NCBI RefSeq assembly: GCF_030144855.1
Contig: NW_026781537.1
Span: 62,001 to 126,000, forward strand
Direction of reading: 5' to 3'
Origin: Hypanus sabinus
Taxonomy: Eukaryota
DNA length: 64,000 nucleotides
Shown: piece after piece, positions 26,975 through 39,019 of the stretch
How positions within the stretch are numbered: the first letter of the stretch is position 1
Layout of the letters: every line of letters starts with the position of its first letter
The notes under the pieces: model-generated
The model's database searches: none
The model's input: the letters and a program-made list of their open reading frames with translations, nothing else
Told to the model about the DNA's origin: nothing
Translations under genes and position numbers: made by a program

Positions 26975-27672
26975 TGTTACGGTCCGATCCGAAGTCCGCA
27001 TTGCCGTTCACGGTCCGATCCGTGGAATTAGGACACGGGTCCTCCCACGGTCCCTTGTTTGTTTGAACTTAAAAACATAAGCACCAGATGCTCATCTTGG
27101 GGGCTGGGAATATAAATGGCCCTGGGATTGAGTGTGCTTGGAGGGTGGTCTCGTCAGTCTCCCCTTGGAGCAACCCACCCGTGGAAGGCTAGTACATTCA
27201 GTGAGTTAAGGATTCGGCTGTTCCGTAGCCCGCCGAGGTTACTGGCCGCTTCGAGTCTTGGAGCCACCCCAGACCGAGCTCCCTTCCTATCGCTCGCCTC
27301 CGTCGGGTAAGACCGGCTAGTTTCCGTTACCCTGCGGTTGGTTCTGTCCCTTCCACTGCCTTGCCCGCGTCATGCCCAGGAGCGAACTCCAAGAAAGCAA
27401 GCCTCCAGCCTGGAGCTCCATGAACACAAGCCTCCAGCATGGAGCTCCATGAACACAAGCCTCCAGCCTGGAGCTCCATGAACACAAGCCTCCAGCCTGG
27501 AGCTCCATGAACACAAGCCTCCAGCATGGAGCTCCATGAACACAAGCCTCCAGCCTGGAGCTCCATGAACACAAGCCTCCAGCCTGGAGCTCCATGAAAC
27601 ATTTATACCCCTGCTGTCCTCCATAATTGAAAAAGATTGAAGGATCAGTTTGCAGGGTGACAAAACGTGACA
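26975..27672 (+). mobile_element. LTR (TG...CA) marking the end of left-arm homology
   Basis: TGTTACGGTCCGATCC start resembles the 17983 LTR start; TATAAA at about 27111; ends CGTGACA; no clear TSD. Confidence 0.65.
27396..27597. repeat. 29-bp minisatellite, about 7 copies
   Basis: Unit GAACACAAGCCTCCAGC(C/A)TGGAGCTCCAT. Confidence 0.97.
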
Positions 27673-27989
27673 GGAGCACTAGGCCCTAAAAACTATTCCC
27701 TACCGGGAGAAAACAGCGTCTGTTTTTTTTTATTTTCCGCACTTTCTCCAGCAGTTTAAGGACTAAGTCCAGCCAGAACATAACTGGGTAAGGATATGGG
27801 CCTCAACATTAAATATCGGCACTCAGCCCAGAATGCGTGTGCAACTCCATATCCTGGTGGGCCATATGTGGAGCAAGAGCTTTATCGAACGGTTCACAAA
27901 ATAGCAGGTTGCAGCATAAAATAACAAGATTACTATTGAAAGTTCAAAGTGCACTTATTTTAAAGAATCTATAAATGAAACAATCTTGA

Positions 27990-30900
27990 GATACGTTGCA
28001 ACTCCAAATTGACAAAAATTACAAATCTGTGAGAACACTGAGATCCGTGCTCACCTCCAAATCCGTGTGTACCGTCATGTCTGTGTACAACTTGAAACCC
28101 GTGGACACACCGACTGGAAAACTAGATTATCCCAATACCATTTTACGAAAAGACAAAATAAGCGTCCAACCCCAAATCTGCACACTGCCCGCAAATCAGA
28201 TTAGTATGCACCTCAAATCCAGCGACACGCCCAAATCTGTATACGCCCCCAAACTGATTGGATAACATTCTAACGAAAAGGATATATAAGTCAATTGTAA
28301 TATGATAAACCGAATTTGCAAATGACATCTGGGTTCAGAGAGTGAATGGACAGTGAAGCAGTTTATGAAAACTTTCAGCGTCAGTGAAGCAGGTGGAAGA
28401 ACGGGCCGAACATTTTGCGGTTGGAATCTAATGTGACGTTCCATCCAGATGGGATCAAGAGCAGTTGCCCTTTTGCCGGACCTACCTGGCTAGACATATA
28501 CAATAATTGTTACGGAATTGAAGAAAGAGGGAGAGTAGAGGGATCTAAGAATACGCTTCCATAATTCCTATGTAAGCTCATAGGATAGACCGACACCACG
28601 AAATCCGTGTTGATCCCTAAACCAGCCGAGGTGCACAAATCTGTGCGCATCCCCGATCCAAGTACACCATAATGTTTTATAACTTTGAGATTCATGACAA
28701 TCCCAAATCGACCAACACCAACAAATTCATGTGCACCAATATGCGCCGACATGCACCTAAACCTGTCCTCATCCCCAGTGCTCAGGCACCCGCGTGCACT
28801 CCAAATGCATACTGATGTCCAGGTCCCTGTGCATTCATATTGCTTGTGCAGTCTCCCAGTCAGAAAGCACCATCAAATACGTATGTGGTTCCAAATCACC
28901 AAAACCGGTGCGCACCCCAAACCCGCTGACACCACAGATGAACAATGGATCCACGCCAGCAAACATTACAATCAATTCAGAAGTTGACCGTCTCGAGTTT
29001 GGGAAGCCACATGTGCGCCAAAATCCTTTTGCAGATCGGTGACATACCCAAATCTGCGAATGAACGTTAATCCGTGTGTAGCCCCATATTCAGGACTACA
29101 CCCCGAACTGTGCGCAGATCACTAATTCCGTCGGCACCCCCACAGGTATATTAGATGATCCAGACGGATAATCATTGCAAACACAAAATGGCTGTCTTTA
29201 CAGTAAAAGCCACCACGTATCCCAAAGTCTCTACGTACGACAACAAATCATATGCACTCACTAAAACGTGGAGGCTCGCCAACTACCCTAAATCTGCTAT
29301 CCCCAAAAAGGTACGCACCCCTATATCGGACCACTCCGCTAAATCAGTTTGCAACCCTTTATTAGAGAACGCTCCTAAATCCTTCACAACCATATCCATC
29401 CATATGAATCCCAAGACCGTGTGCAACCCACATTCGACGACAGAATGTAAAATTGCTCAATCGCACCCTAAACCCGTATACTTGTACATCAGATTTTCCC
29501 GGAGCAAAAATCAATAAAAAACGATTGAGAAAATGGCAGCCTCGACATTAATAATCCACAGGCAAATTTTGATCCGCCAAGTCACATAAATCTATGTGTA
29601 TCCCGTGATCGAAAAGGCAACCCAAATCAGCGAACAACACCAAATCCATGAGCATCGTCAAATTGGTGCGCAACACCAAATCCATGCATAGCCCGAACAC
29701 GCTGAAACCCCCACATTCAATTGTGGGGCTCGTTGGACACAGATATTGTCATCTTGTGAATGTCGGAAAATATTCTTTTCCGATAATCTAATTAACGTGT
29801 GTGTGTCCACGGTTTTGAAATTGTGGGGATGCATTTGCATTTGGAGATGCACACGGATTCCTCAAGTGTTTGGGGTGTAATTGAAGCTGTGCCGGAACTC
29901 AAAGATGTTTCGTTTAGATCACGTGATTCATTTGATTAGAAATTTGACATGAAGTATTTTAAATGTCCCTTCATCTGGGATAATCTAATGTGCAAGTGTC
30001 GTTCTCCGCGTGTATGATATTTGCATGAAATTTAGGGTGCGCACCTAGTTGAGGTGGTGCACATAATTGAGGTGTACATGGATTTGGGATTGTGTACATG
30101 GGAAAACGAATTTGGGTGAGATAAAGACTTGGGCGTGTTGGCGGATCTGAAGTTGCACATATGTGCGGATTTTAAAGTTGTGGCATCCATTTTCTGAATT
30201 CTTGAAAGGATTCTAAACTGCAATGTTTAAACTAAACTAAAATGTTAGCGGTTTTGGGGTGCGCACTGCATTGGGTCGCACAGATATTGGACAGTGTCTG
30301 AGAATAAGGGGTGCACACTGCTATGATTTGAGTTTAGATTATGGAATGCGCACGGATTTAACGTTGAGTCCTCAAATAAAGTTAAGCCCTCAGTTGAGCA
30401 CTGACTTCGGGTGTGCGTAGATTTAGGGTTTGACGGCAATATGCACAAGTACTTGGGGATACCCGCCAAGTTAGGGGTCTGTAGACATTTGCGGGGACTT
30501 AATTAGCTATTGTGATGTTCGTATATTCCGGGGGCTGTTTGTTGACCAATTAAAATTTGTAATCGTCGAAACAACCATTTTCTGAACTGTTGGACATAAA
30601 TTCTGCTTTGGAATTATTTATTATCTATGTGGGTTGTCAGTGTGTTTGGAGTGCGGACTGATTTGCTGATGTGCACATGTTTTGTGGATTCATGGCGGGC
30701 AGTTTTGATTTATCAGTGGAAAGACTCTGCTAAAGTAAATTCCGATAATCCGGAGCGCTGGGCAACTTTACAGACTATTGGTCTAATTCTTCGTCAATAC
30801 TGTAACATATTTTAAATTTACTTTTAAATGTACTGCTCTGCGCTTTTAGAAATTGCTGCAATTTAAGAGAAGGCGAAAAAAGAACCGCTGGTGAGATTTA

Positions 30901-32328
30901 AGGATGAAACTTAGACATCACTCGAAATTTAGTCTCAGACATGGCCGTGCACACGTTCTTGGGGATACACATAGATTTGGGTATGTTGACGGATCAAGAT
31001 TTGCACACGAATGTGTTGAGTGCGGATTGTTAACGTCGACGCTGCCATTTTCTCAACTGTTTCGAATCTATCATACTCGGAAAAATCTCATGGGCATGTG
31101 GGGGTGTCAGCGGGTTTATGATGCGCGCTGCACTGAGTACTGGGCATTGCGTGTCAGCGAAAATGGGTTGCACATGGTCTCGGGGTGCACGTGGATGCAC
31201 ACGGCTTTTGGGGTTTGTTCTTGTTATGGGGATGCGCTCGTATCTGGGGATTACATATTTGGGGGGTTGTCGGCGAATATGAAGTCGCCGACATGCCCAA
31301 ATCTATCTCACCCAAAATCCGTGTTTACGCCCAATTGTACGCATTCCCAAATTCATGCACACCTCAAATAGGTGCACCATCTCAAAAGGAGCGCACTCTA
31401 AAATCCATGCGAGTATCAAACCCGCAGGTAAACCCACTTGCACATTAGATTATCCCAGGAATCGTTTAAAATAGTTCACGACAAATTTGAAATTAAATTT
31501 ATTATTCTCGAGATCTAAATGAAATAACTTTGGGATTCGGCACACCTCCAAACCCGCAGACACACCAAATACGTAAGAAATCCGTCTGCATCTCCAAATG
31601 CAAATGCATACCCATATCTTTAGAGAATTTCCAAACCGTGGACACCACACATGCAAATTAGATTATCTCAACCTTTCACAAATGACAAAATCTGTGTACA
31701 ACGAGCCCCAGTAATGAAAGTGGGGTGCGCACAGAGTGTTTAGGCTGCGCAGTGATTTCTTGATATGCACCAATTCAAGGATGCACATGGATTTGGTGAT
31801 GTGCGCTGATTTAGGTTGCCGTTTTCGATCATGGGCTTATTGGAGATGTGTGAGTTGGCGGATGGTGAGTTTGTGTGATTAATTAATGTTGAAACATTAA
31901 TGATTGTTGCGCCGGGAAAGACTGATATACATGTGGCGGAGTCCGCCGGTTCATGGTGCGCTCTGAATTGGCGATTGCACAACTTTAGTTTTTGTCGTCG
32001 CATATGGGTTGCGCACGGTCTTGATAAGGATCTGGGGTTGTGCATGGATTTAGGAGCGTTCTCCAATAAAGGGTTGAAGACTGATTTGGTATTGTGCACT
32101 AATGTAGGGGTGTGTTCTGATACAGGGTTGCGCATCTCCTTGTGAATAGCAGATTTAGGGTAGTTTGCGAATATGTGAGTTTTTCTTGGTGCATATCGAT
32201 TTGGTGACGTCCGTATTGGTTTTTACTGGTAAGACCGCCATTTTGCGTTTGCAATCTATTATGCGTGTGGCGTTGTCAGCAGATTTGGGGGTACAGACCG
32301 ATTTTAGTGATTTTAGTTAGAATATGGG
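27990..32328. repeat. Degenerate satellite-like array, left part, mixed orientation
   Basis: Recurring GCACACGGATTTGGGGTG-like units (or reverse complement) and cores like GCCATTTTCTGAACTGTTTGAAATGATT. Confidence 0.8.
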
Positions 32329-33005
32329 AGTGCTGTCTTTACGACAGTTATTTAGTTTATAAAATTTTCGCTTAGTAATTCATTCAATAGTATTTTCTAG
32401 TTAGAATTAGAAGTGTTTAAAGTATTTAAAATACTTAGAAGTGTTTAAAATATATCGGCATGCGATGACGTCACATCCGGTTTCGCCGCGTCTTGTGGGA
32501 AAATACCGGTTTGAAATTAGCGCGAGGGTGGGGGCTTACCACGAGGCTCACCTGAGCAGAAGTTGTTTTGCAGGCATGAGAAATCACAGTGAGAGCAACG
32601 CTGTAAGTTAATAGATAATCGATATATTGAACTAAGATGTTAATGCCGATCCTGTTAGAAGTAACGACGGTAGATAATGTTTATGCTTTCGTTAGTTAAA
32701 GAGTCGCGGATAGTTTGCATGGAAGTGTATTTAAAGTAGTCAATGGAGCAGGTAAACTCTCCCTGTATACTGCACCTTAGTGTAATGTAGTTATAGTCAC
32801 CTTTGCAAGTATTTACACTTGAAATGTGATATTAGGGAAGGAACAAATACTGTATCAATCTTGTATTGTTTTATCAACAGTTTTCACCATATGTTAATGT
32901 GAAGAGTGAACAGTAAATGGTTAATCTTACTGTGATCTGGTCTCATTAACTGGTTTATCTCGACGTTAAATTCGGCGTTCGTGACACGCGAAGGAGAACG
33001 TTACA
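32329..33005 (+). repeat. BEL 5' LTR
   Basis: Closely matches 39020-39677; first base is A rather than T. Confidence 0.93.
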
Positions 33006-33043
33006 GTGAAAAAGCGGCATTATCAGGTGTTTCAAGTGCTGCA

Positions 33044-34798
33044 ATGTCAGCTCAATCCAGCATCAAGTCGACGCCGCCCAGCGACAAGGGCAGTAAACCG
33101 ACATCAAGTAAGCCCACCCAGGCGTTATCAGGTGTTCCAAGTGCTGCAATGTCAGCTCGATCCGGGATCAAGTCGATGGCGCCCAGCGACAAGGGCAGTA
33201 GAGCGACATCAAGTAAGTCCACCCTGGCAAGAGCCAAGGCAGAAGCCGCCAAGATGCGACTGCGTTACGCCAAACAAGAAGCAGTTTTGAAAATGAAACA
33301 GGCCACCAGAGAAGCCGAAATCCAGAAAGAAAGGGCCGCCAGACAAAGAGAAGAGGCTGCCAAAATCCAGAAAGAAAGGGCCGCCAGACAAAGAGAAGAG
33401 GCCGCCAGAGAAGCCGAAATCCAGAAAGAAGAGGCTGCCAGACAAAGAGAAGAGGCCGCCAGAGAAGCCGAAATCCAGAAAGAAAGGGCCGCCAGAGAAG
33501 CCGAAAAGGCCGCCAGAGAAGCCGAAACCCAGTTGGTAATGGCAAAAATATCGACAGAGTTGCAAGTGCTACAGCTAGAAAGAGAAGGAGAAGCTGCCAT
33601 GGCGGAAGCAGAGTACATAGAAGAAGCTGAAGGGGCTCGTGATCTGACCGAAGCAAGATCTACTTTAGAAAGGACCAGACTGGAACGCACAAGCGACTAT
33701 GTACAATATCAAACAGACTGGCAGGCTCGTCTCCCCTCTCCATACCTATTCGATAACTTCCCCAGCTACGAGGAAGAAAATTTACCCTCGCGGCTCCGTG
33801 ATGAAGTCAAGAATGAAAGAGCTGACAACCGATATTCTTTGACACCAAAGTTACAAAGTTCGATGCAAAGAGACGCGGAGGTCGAATCCAGGATGGCAAA
33901 TTCCATGAGAAACGTGCGTTCTCAGTCATATAGGCACCAACGTACTTCTCCAGCCCGCATGCCGCTTACAGCCGATCCCACGCTGCAGTATTTAGCACGA
34001 CGGGATCTCGTCACTTCGGGACTGTACCAGTTTGACGATAAACCCGAAAATTACCGTGCATGGCACTCCACATTCACCAACGTGATCGACGGGGTCCAGC
34101 TCAGTGCAACCCAAAAGTTGGACCTTAAGGCGAAATGGCTGGGGAAAGAATCACGCGACCAGGTGAGACGCATGCGTTCAGTGTACATCAACAAACCCGA
34201 GCTAGCCTTAAGCGAAGCGTGGGAGAGACTTTGGGAGAGATATGGGGCCCCCGACATTATTGAAGCGGCGCTATATCGACGTCTGGAAAACTTTCCTAAG
34301 GTGTCAGCCAAAGATCACATTAAGTTAAGAGATTTCGGAGATTTACTCATGGAGATCCAAGGCGTCAAAGAAGATGGCTATTCAGCTGGTCTAGTATACC
34401 TAGATACTCCATCCGGGATTAGACCAATCGTGGACAAACTTCCATTTGGGCTGCAGGACAAGTGGCTGACTGTTGCCTCAGAGTACAAGGAAGACCACGG
34501 TGTTCGATTTCCTCCCTTTGAGCACCTCACTGAGTTTGTGCGCAAGGAGGCGAGGAGGCGAAACGACCCTAGCCTCGTGGGTCCAGGAAGCAGTTCGATT
34601 TACACCAAGCCAGGTAGATCCTCTTCGAATGTTTTCAACATTGATAAACCAGTGTCAGTGCTCAAGACCGAAGCCCTTACAACTAACAACGACCCTGGCA
34701 AGTATTGTCCATTGCATAACAAACCTCACCCCCTGAAAGCATGCAGAATGTTTAGGGAAAAACCCCTTGAAGAGAGGACGGCTCTTCTCAAGGAGTAA
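33044..34798 (+). pseudogene. BEL gag, cut by a premature TAA inside the zinc-knuckle region
   Basis: Coiled-coil repeats, FDDKPENYRAW, CPLHNKPHPLKAC; frame continues after the stop as RICFRCCSSTSHLAREC...CPECDSPDH. Confidence 0.88.
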
Positions 34799-35944
34799 AG
34801 AATATGTTTTAGATGCTGTTCCTCAACCTCTCACCTCGCCAGAGAGTGTACGATCGCCGTGAAGTGTCCGGAATGTGATAGCCCAGATCACGTCGAGGCC
34901 ATGCATCCCGACCTGTCACCGCAAACCGAGAGCGCTCCTTCACCCCCACAACAGGACGGCGGGGAGGGAGAGGCTCACTCTAGGTCAATAGCTGTCAGCA
35001 CGAACTGTACAGAAGTTTGCGGTCAAGCTCAGTCAAGTCGTTCTTGTTCCAAGATCTGCCTCAGAGCAATCGTTCACTAGTCAGTCCAGAGTTCTTTATA
35101 TTGTTCAACATTGAGAGTGAGCGGTTCCCATACTACCTCAAAACTTGCTCAGGCAACATGGAAACCCAAGGAAGGAAGGCAGAAGGCATCCAGATCGAGT
35201 CCCTGGATGGTAAAGTCGTCATCTGTCTCCCTCCGCTCTTAGAGTGCAATGAAATCATGAATAACCGCGCTGAGATCCCGACACCAAGTGCGGTGCTACA
35301 CCAGCCGCATCTCCACCACATCGCCAAACACATCCCAGAACTGGATCCGAAAGCGGAAATACTCCTGCTATTAGGAAGAGATGTTATCCAGGTACACAAG
35401 GTTAGGCAGCAGGTCAATGGACCACTCGACGCCCCCTTCGCGCAACGTCTGGATCTGGGCTGGGTGGTGATAGGAGAGGAGTGTCTCGGTGACGTACACA
35501 AACCGACGGTCGACTCAAGACCAATGTGCTAGAGAGTGGCCGCCATTCGATTTTTCAACCCTGCACAAGTTCCATGTATATCAAGGAAGCACAACAAGGC
35601 GTTAACAAGCGCGAGGCAAACGACGAGTCGCTGGGCCAGTCAGTCTTCGCTCAAACGAAGTATGACAATAAACTTGCTCCATCAGCTCAAGACGTCTTCT
35701 TCTTAAGAATGATGGACACCAAAGTCTTCAGGGATGAAGCAAATAATTGGGTCGCCCCACTACCCTTCAGAGAACCACGCCAGCGGTTGCCAAATAACAG
35801 AGAGCAAGCGGTCAAGCGGTTCACGTCCTTACAAAAAACCCTGAACCGGAAACCCGAGATGCAACAGCAATATATAGCATTTATGGGAAAGATCTTCGCT
35901 AACGGACATGCCGAAGTAGAAACACCACTGCCGGAAGGCGGGGA

Positions 35945-38900
35945 GTGCTGGTACCTCCCAGCATTTGGAGTTTACCATCCACAAAAACCCAATCAGATCA
36001 GGGTGGTCTCCGACTCCAGGGCGTCTCCCTAAATGACGCGCTTCTCACAGGCCCCGATCTTAACAATACCCTACTCGGGGTCCTGCTGCGCTTCCGGAAG
36101 GAGAAGGTCGCAATCTTAGCGGACATCCAGCAGATGTTCCATTGCTTCTTAGTACAGGAGGACTATCGCGATTTCCTCCGTTTCTTATGGTATAAGGACA
36201 ACGACATCAACAAAGAAGTTATCGAGTACCGGATGAAAGTCCACGTTTTCGGCAATAGTCCGTCACCTGCCGTGGCCATCTATGGGCTGCGAAGAGCCAT
36301 CAGAGAGGGTGCACAGGAGCACGGTGACGACACCGTTAAGTTTGTAGAAAGGCACTTCTACGTCGACGATGGTTTGATATCACTACGGACAGAAGAGGAA
36401 GCAATCGATCTGCTCCGACGTACACAAGCCTCACTCGCGGAGTCAAACCTCCGCTTGCATAAGTTTGCATCAAACCGGCAGGCAGCAATGGAGGCCTTTC
36501 CACACGGTTACTGTGCTCCAGCAATCAAAGACCTAGATTTAGATGGAGAAACCATACCTACAGAAAGGAGCTTGGGTCTCCTCTGGGAGATAACGACCGA
36601 CTCATTTACATTCTCTGTGCCGACCGTGATCAAACCATTTACCCGCCGTGGAGTCCTCTCCACTGTCAACAGTATTTTCGATCCTTTGGGCCTACTGGCA
36701 CCAGTTACGATTCAAGGAAGAGCCCTTCTCAGAGAACTTACGTCTGAGCCCTCTGACTGGGATACTCTTCTGCCTGAAGACAAGCTAAGCAAGTGGGAGG
36801 CTTGGAGAGATTCACTCCCGGATTTAAAACAGCTTCATATCCAACGCAGGTACACTGTGACCTCACCCACCGAGGCAGCGCTCACAGAATTGTGTGTTTT
36901 TTCGGATGCGTCCGCCAAGGCCATCGGCGCTGTGGCTTACTTGAAAGTAGTCGGAAAGGACGGTCAAGTCGAAGTGGGATTTGTAACGGGTAAGGCGAAG
37001 CTCACTCCTCCGTCGGAGCCGACGATTCCAAGGCTTGAACTGTGTGCAGCCGTCCTGGCCGTGGAAATGGCAGATCTTATCCAGGACGAGCTGGACCTAC
37101 GGTTCGACGATATCAAGTTCTACACGGACAGTAAAGTCGTGCTTGGTTATACTTACAACGAATCAAAACGCTTCTACGTGTACGTTCATAATAGAGTTCA
37201 AGGCATCCGCCTGTCATCAAAGCCCGAACAATGGCATTATGTACGTACCGAGGATAACCCTGCAGACCACGCATCAAGATCCTTACCTGCATCCCGTCTG
37301 GCTCAGACAACCTGGCTTACCGGACCCCCCTTTCTGCATCAGCCACCATCGGAAAGGACTCAGACGAACGAGATATTTGAACTGATCGAACCCGAGAGAG
37401 ACTCGGAAATTCGGCCGCAAATACAAACAGGAGCCACCAACCTCACGGAATCGATACATACAAACGAACGCTTTCGGCGGTTCTCCACTTTGAATTCTTT
37501 AGTGAGAGGACTTGCGTTCCTCATTCATATGGCCAGATCACACAAACATTCATCCCGAAACAGTAAATGTAGGGGATGGCACAAATGTACTTTGCCTCGC
37601 ACCGCGGACGAATTAGCCCAGGCAAAGGATGTCATCTTCAAAGCAACGCAAAGAGCGGCTTTCGCAAGGGAGTTTTCAGCTCTCCAAGTCAACAAACCAA
37701 TACCAAAGGACAGCCCTTTGAGGAAGTTCAGCCCGATCCTGAAGAACAATATCATCTGCGTTGGAGGCCGGTTAATACACTGCCAGCTTCCGGCCGCAGA
37801 AAAGAGTCCAGTACTCCTGCCCAAAGGCAGCCATGTATCCTTACTGCTCGCCCGCCATTATCATGAACAGGTAAAGCACCAGGGCCGCCACCTTACCGAA
37901 GGAGCAATAAGAGCAGCGGGACTGTGGATCTTGGGAGGTAAATCACTGATCAATTCGGTACTTCATAAATGTGTAACCTGCAGGAAACTACGAGGCAGAT
38001 TAGAAGTTCAACGCATGGCAGAACTCCCACCTGAGCGCCTTGAAGCCTGCCCTCCCTTTACAAATGTAGGGCTCGATGTATTCGGCCCCTGGTCTATCAC
38101 TACGAGACGCACCAGAGGAGGACAAGCAGTGAGCAAGCGGTGGGCCATCATGTTTAGCTGCATGAGTTCAAGAGCGGTACACATTGAGGTCATCGAATCT
38201 TTGGATACCTCCAGCTGCATCAATGCTCTCAGGCGGTTCTTTGCGATAAGAGGCCCTGCAAAACAGTTAAGATCTGATTGCGGAACGAACTTTGTAGGAG
38301 CATCAAAGGAGCTGGGGATGGACAGAGCTGTGCAACGGTACCTCAGTCAACAGGGATGCAACTGGGAGTTCAACACACCACACGCCTCCCACATGGGAGG
38401 CGCATGGGAGCGGATGATTGGGATCGCCAGAAGAATTCTGGATTCAATGTTTCTGCAGCAACGCACCCGATTGACCCACGAGGTACTGTGCACCCTAATG
38501 GCAGAGGTCACAGTCATTATGAACTCACGACCACTCCTGCCTGTGTCCTCTGACCCAGAAAACCCCTTCATCCTTTCGCCATCAATGCTCCTTACACAGA
38601 AGGCAGGAGCACCTCCTCCACCAGGAGACTTTTCAGACAAGGATTTGTACACAAAGCAATGGAGACAAGTCCAGGCTTTGGCAAATCAGTTCTGGTCCCA
38701 CTGGAGACAGGAATATCTACCCTCGTTGCAACAGAGACGAAAGTGGACAGAACCCCGCAGGAATCTTCAAGTTGGAGACTTAGTCCTGCTCAGGGACAAG
38801 CAGATCACCCGCAACAGCTGGCCAATGGCCAGAATCACTGCTACATTCCCTAGCGAGGATGGACATGTCAGGAAGATCGAATTGAAGACTACCGACCAAG

Positions 38901-38962
38901 GCGATGTGAAAATTTACCAAAGGCCAGTTACAGAAATTATTCTACTTCTACCCAATGACTGA
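35945..38962 (+). CDS. BEL pol RT-RNase H-integrase open segment, disconnected from gag and protease by lesions
   Basis: 1005-codon ORF; homology starts at GVSLNDALLTGPDLNN (about 36020). Confidence 0.88.
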   Translation: MLVPPSIWSLPSTKTQSDQGGLRLQGVSLNDALLTGPDLNNTLLGVLLRFRKEKVAILADIQQMFHCFLVQEDYRDFLRFLWYKDNDINKEVIEYRMKVHVFGNSPSPAVAIYGLRRAIREGAQEHGDDTVKFVERHFYVDDGLISLRTEEEAIDLLRRTQASLAESNLRLHKFASNRQAAMEAFPHGYCAPAIKDLDLDGETIPTERSLGLLWEITTDSFTFSVPTVIKPFTRRGVLSTVNSIFDPLGLLAPVTIQGRALLRELTSEPSDWDTLLPEDKLSKWEAWRDSLPDLKQLHIQRRYTVTSPTEAALTELCVFSDASAKAIGAVAYLKVVGKDGQVEVGFVTGKAKLTPPSEPTIPRLELCAAVLAVEMADLIQDELDLRFDDIKFYTDSKVVLGYTYNESKRFYVYVHNRVQGIRLSSKPEQWHYVRTEDNPADHASRSLPASRLAQTTWLTGPPFLHQPPSERTQTNEIFELIEPERDSEIRPQIQTGATNLTESIHTNERFRRFSTLNSLVRGLAFLIHMARSHKHSSRNSKCRGWHKCTLPRTADELAQAKDVIFKATQRAAFAREFSALQVNKPIPKDSPLRKFSPILKNNIICVGGRLIHCQLPAAEKSPVLLPKGSHVSLLLARHYHEQVKHQGRHLTEGAIRAAGLWILGGKSLINSVLHKCVTCRKLRGRLEVQRMAELPPERLEACPPFTNVGLDVFGPWSITTRRTRGGQAVSKRWAIMFSCMSSRAVHIEVIESLDTSSCINALRRFFAIRGPAKQLRSDCGTNFVGASKELGMDRAVQRYLSQQGCNWEFNTPHASHMGGAWERMIGIARRILDSMFLQQRTRLTHEVLCTLMAEVTVIMNSRPLLPVSSDPENPFILSPSMLLTQKAGAPPPPGDFSDKDLYTKQWRQVQALANQFWSHWRQEYLPSLQQRRKWTEPRRNLQVGDLVLLRDKQITRNSWPMARITATFPSEDGHVRKIELKTTDQGDVKIYQRPVTEIILLLPND

Positions 38963-39019
38963 TTAAGAGACTAAGTTTGTACTCTGCTCATTGTGACCTT
39001 ACGAAGGTCAAGCGGGGAG

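Noticed and set aside
27396-27597. CRISPR-like array (also 60940-61225 and the satellite cores)
   Set aside because: No unique spacers between identical repeats, no cas genes, and a vertebrate context
33168-33690. Hydrophobic antisense ORFs
   Set aside because: Reverse translation of the purine-rich gag repeats
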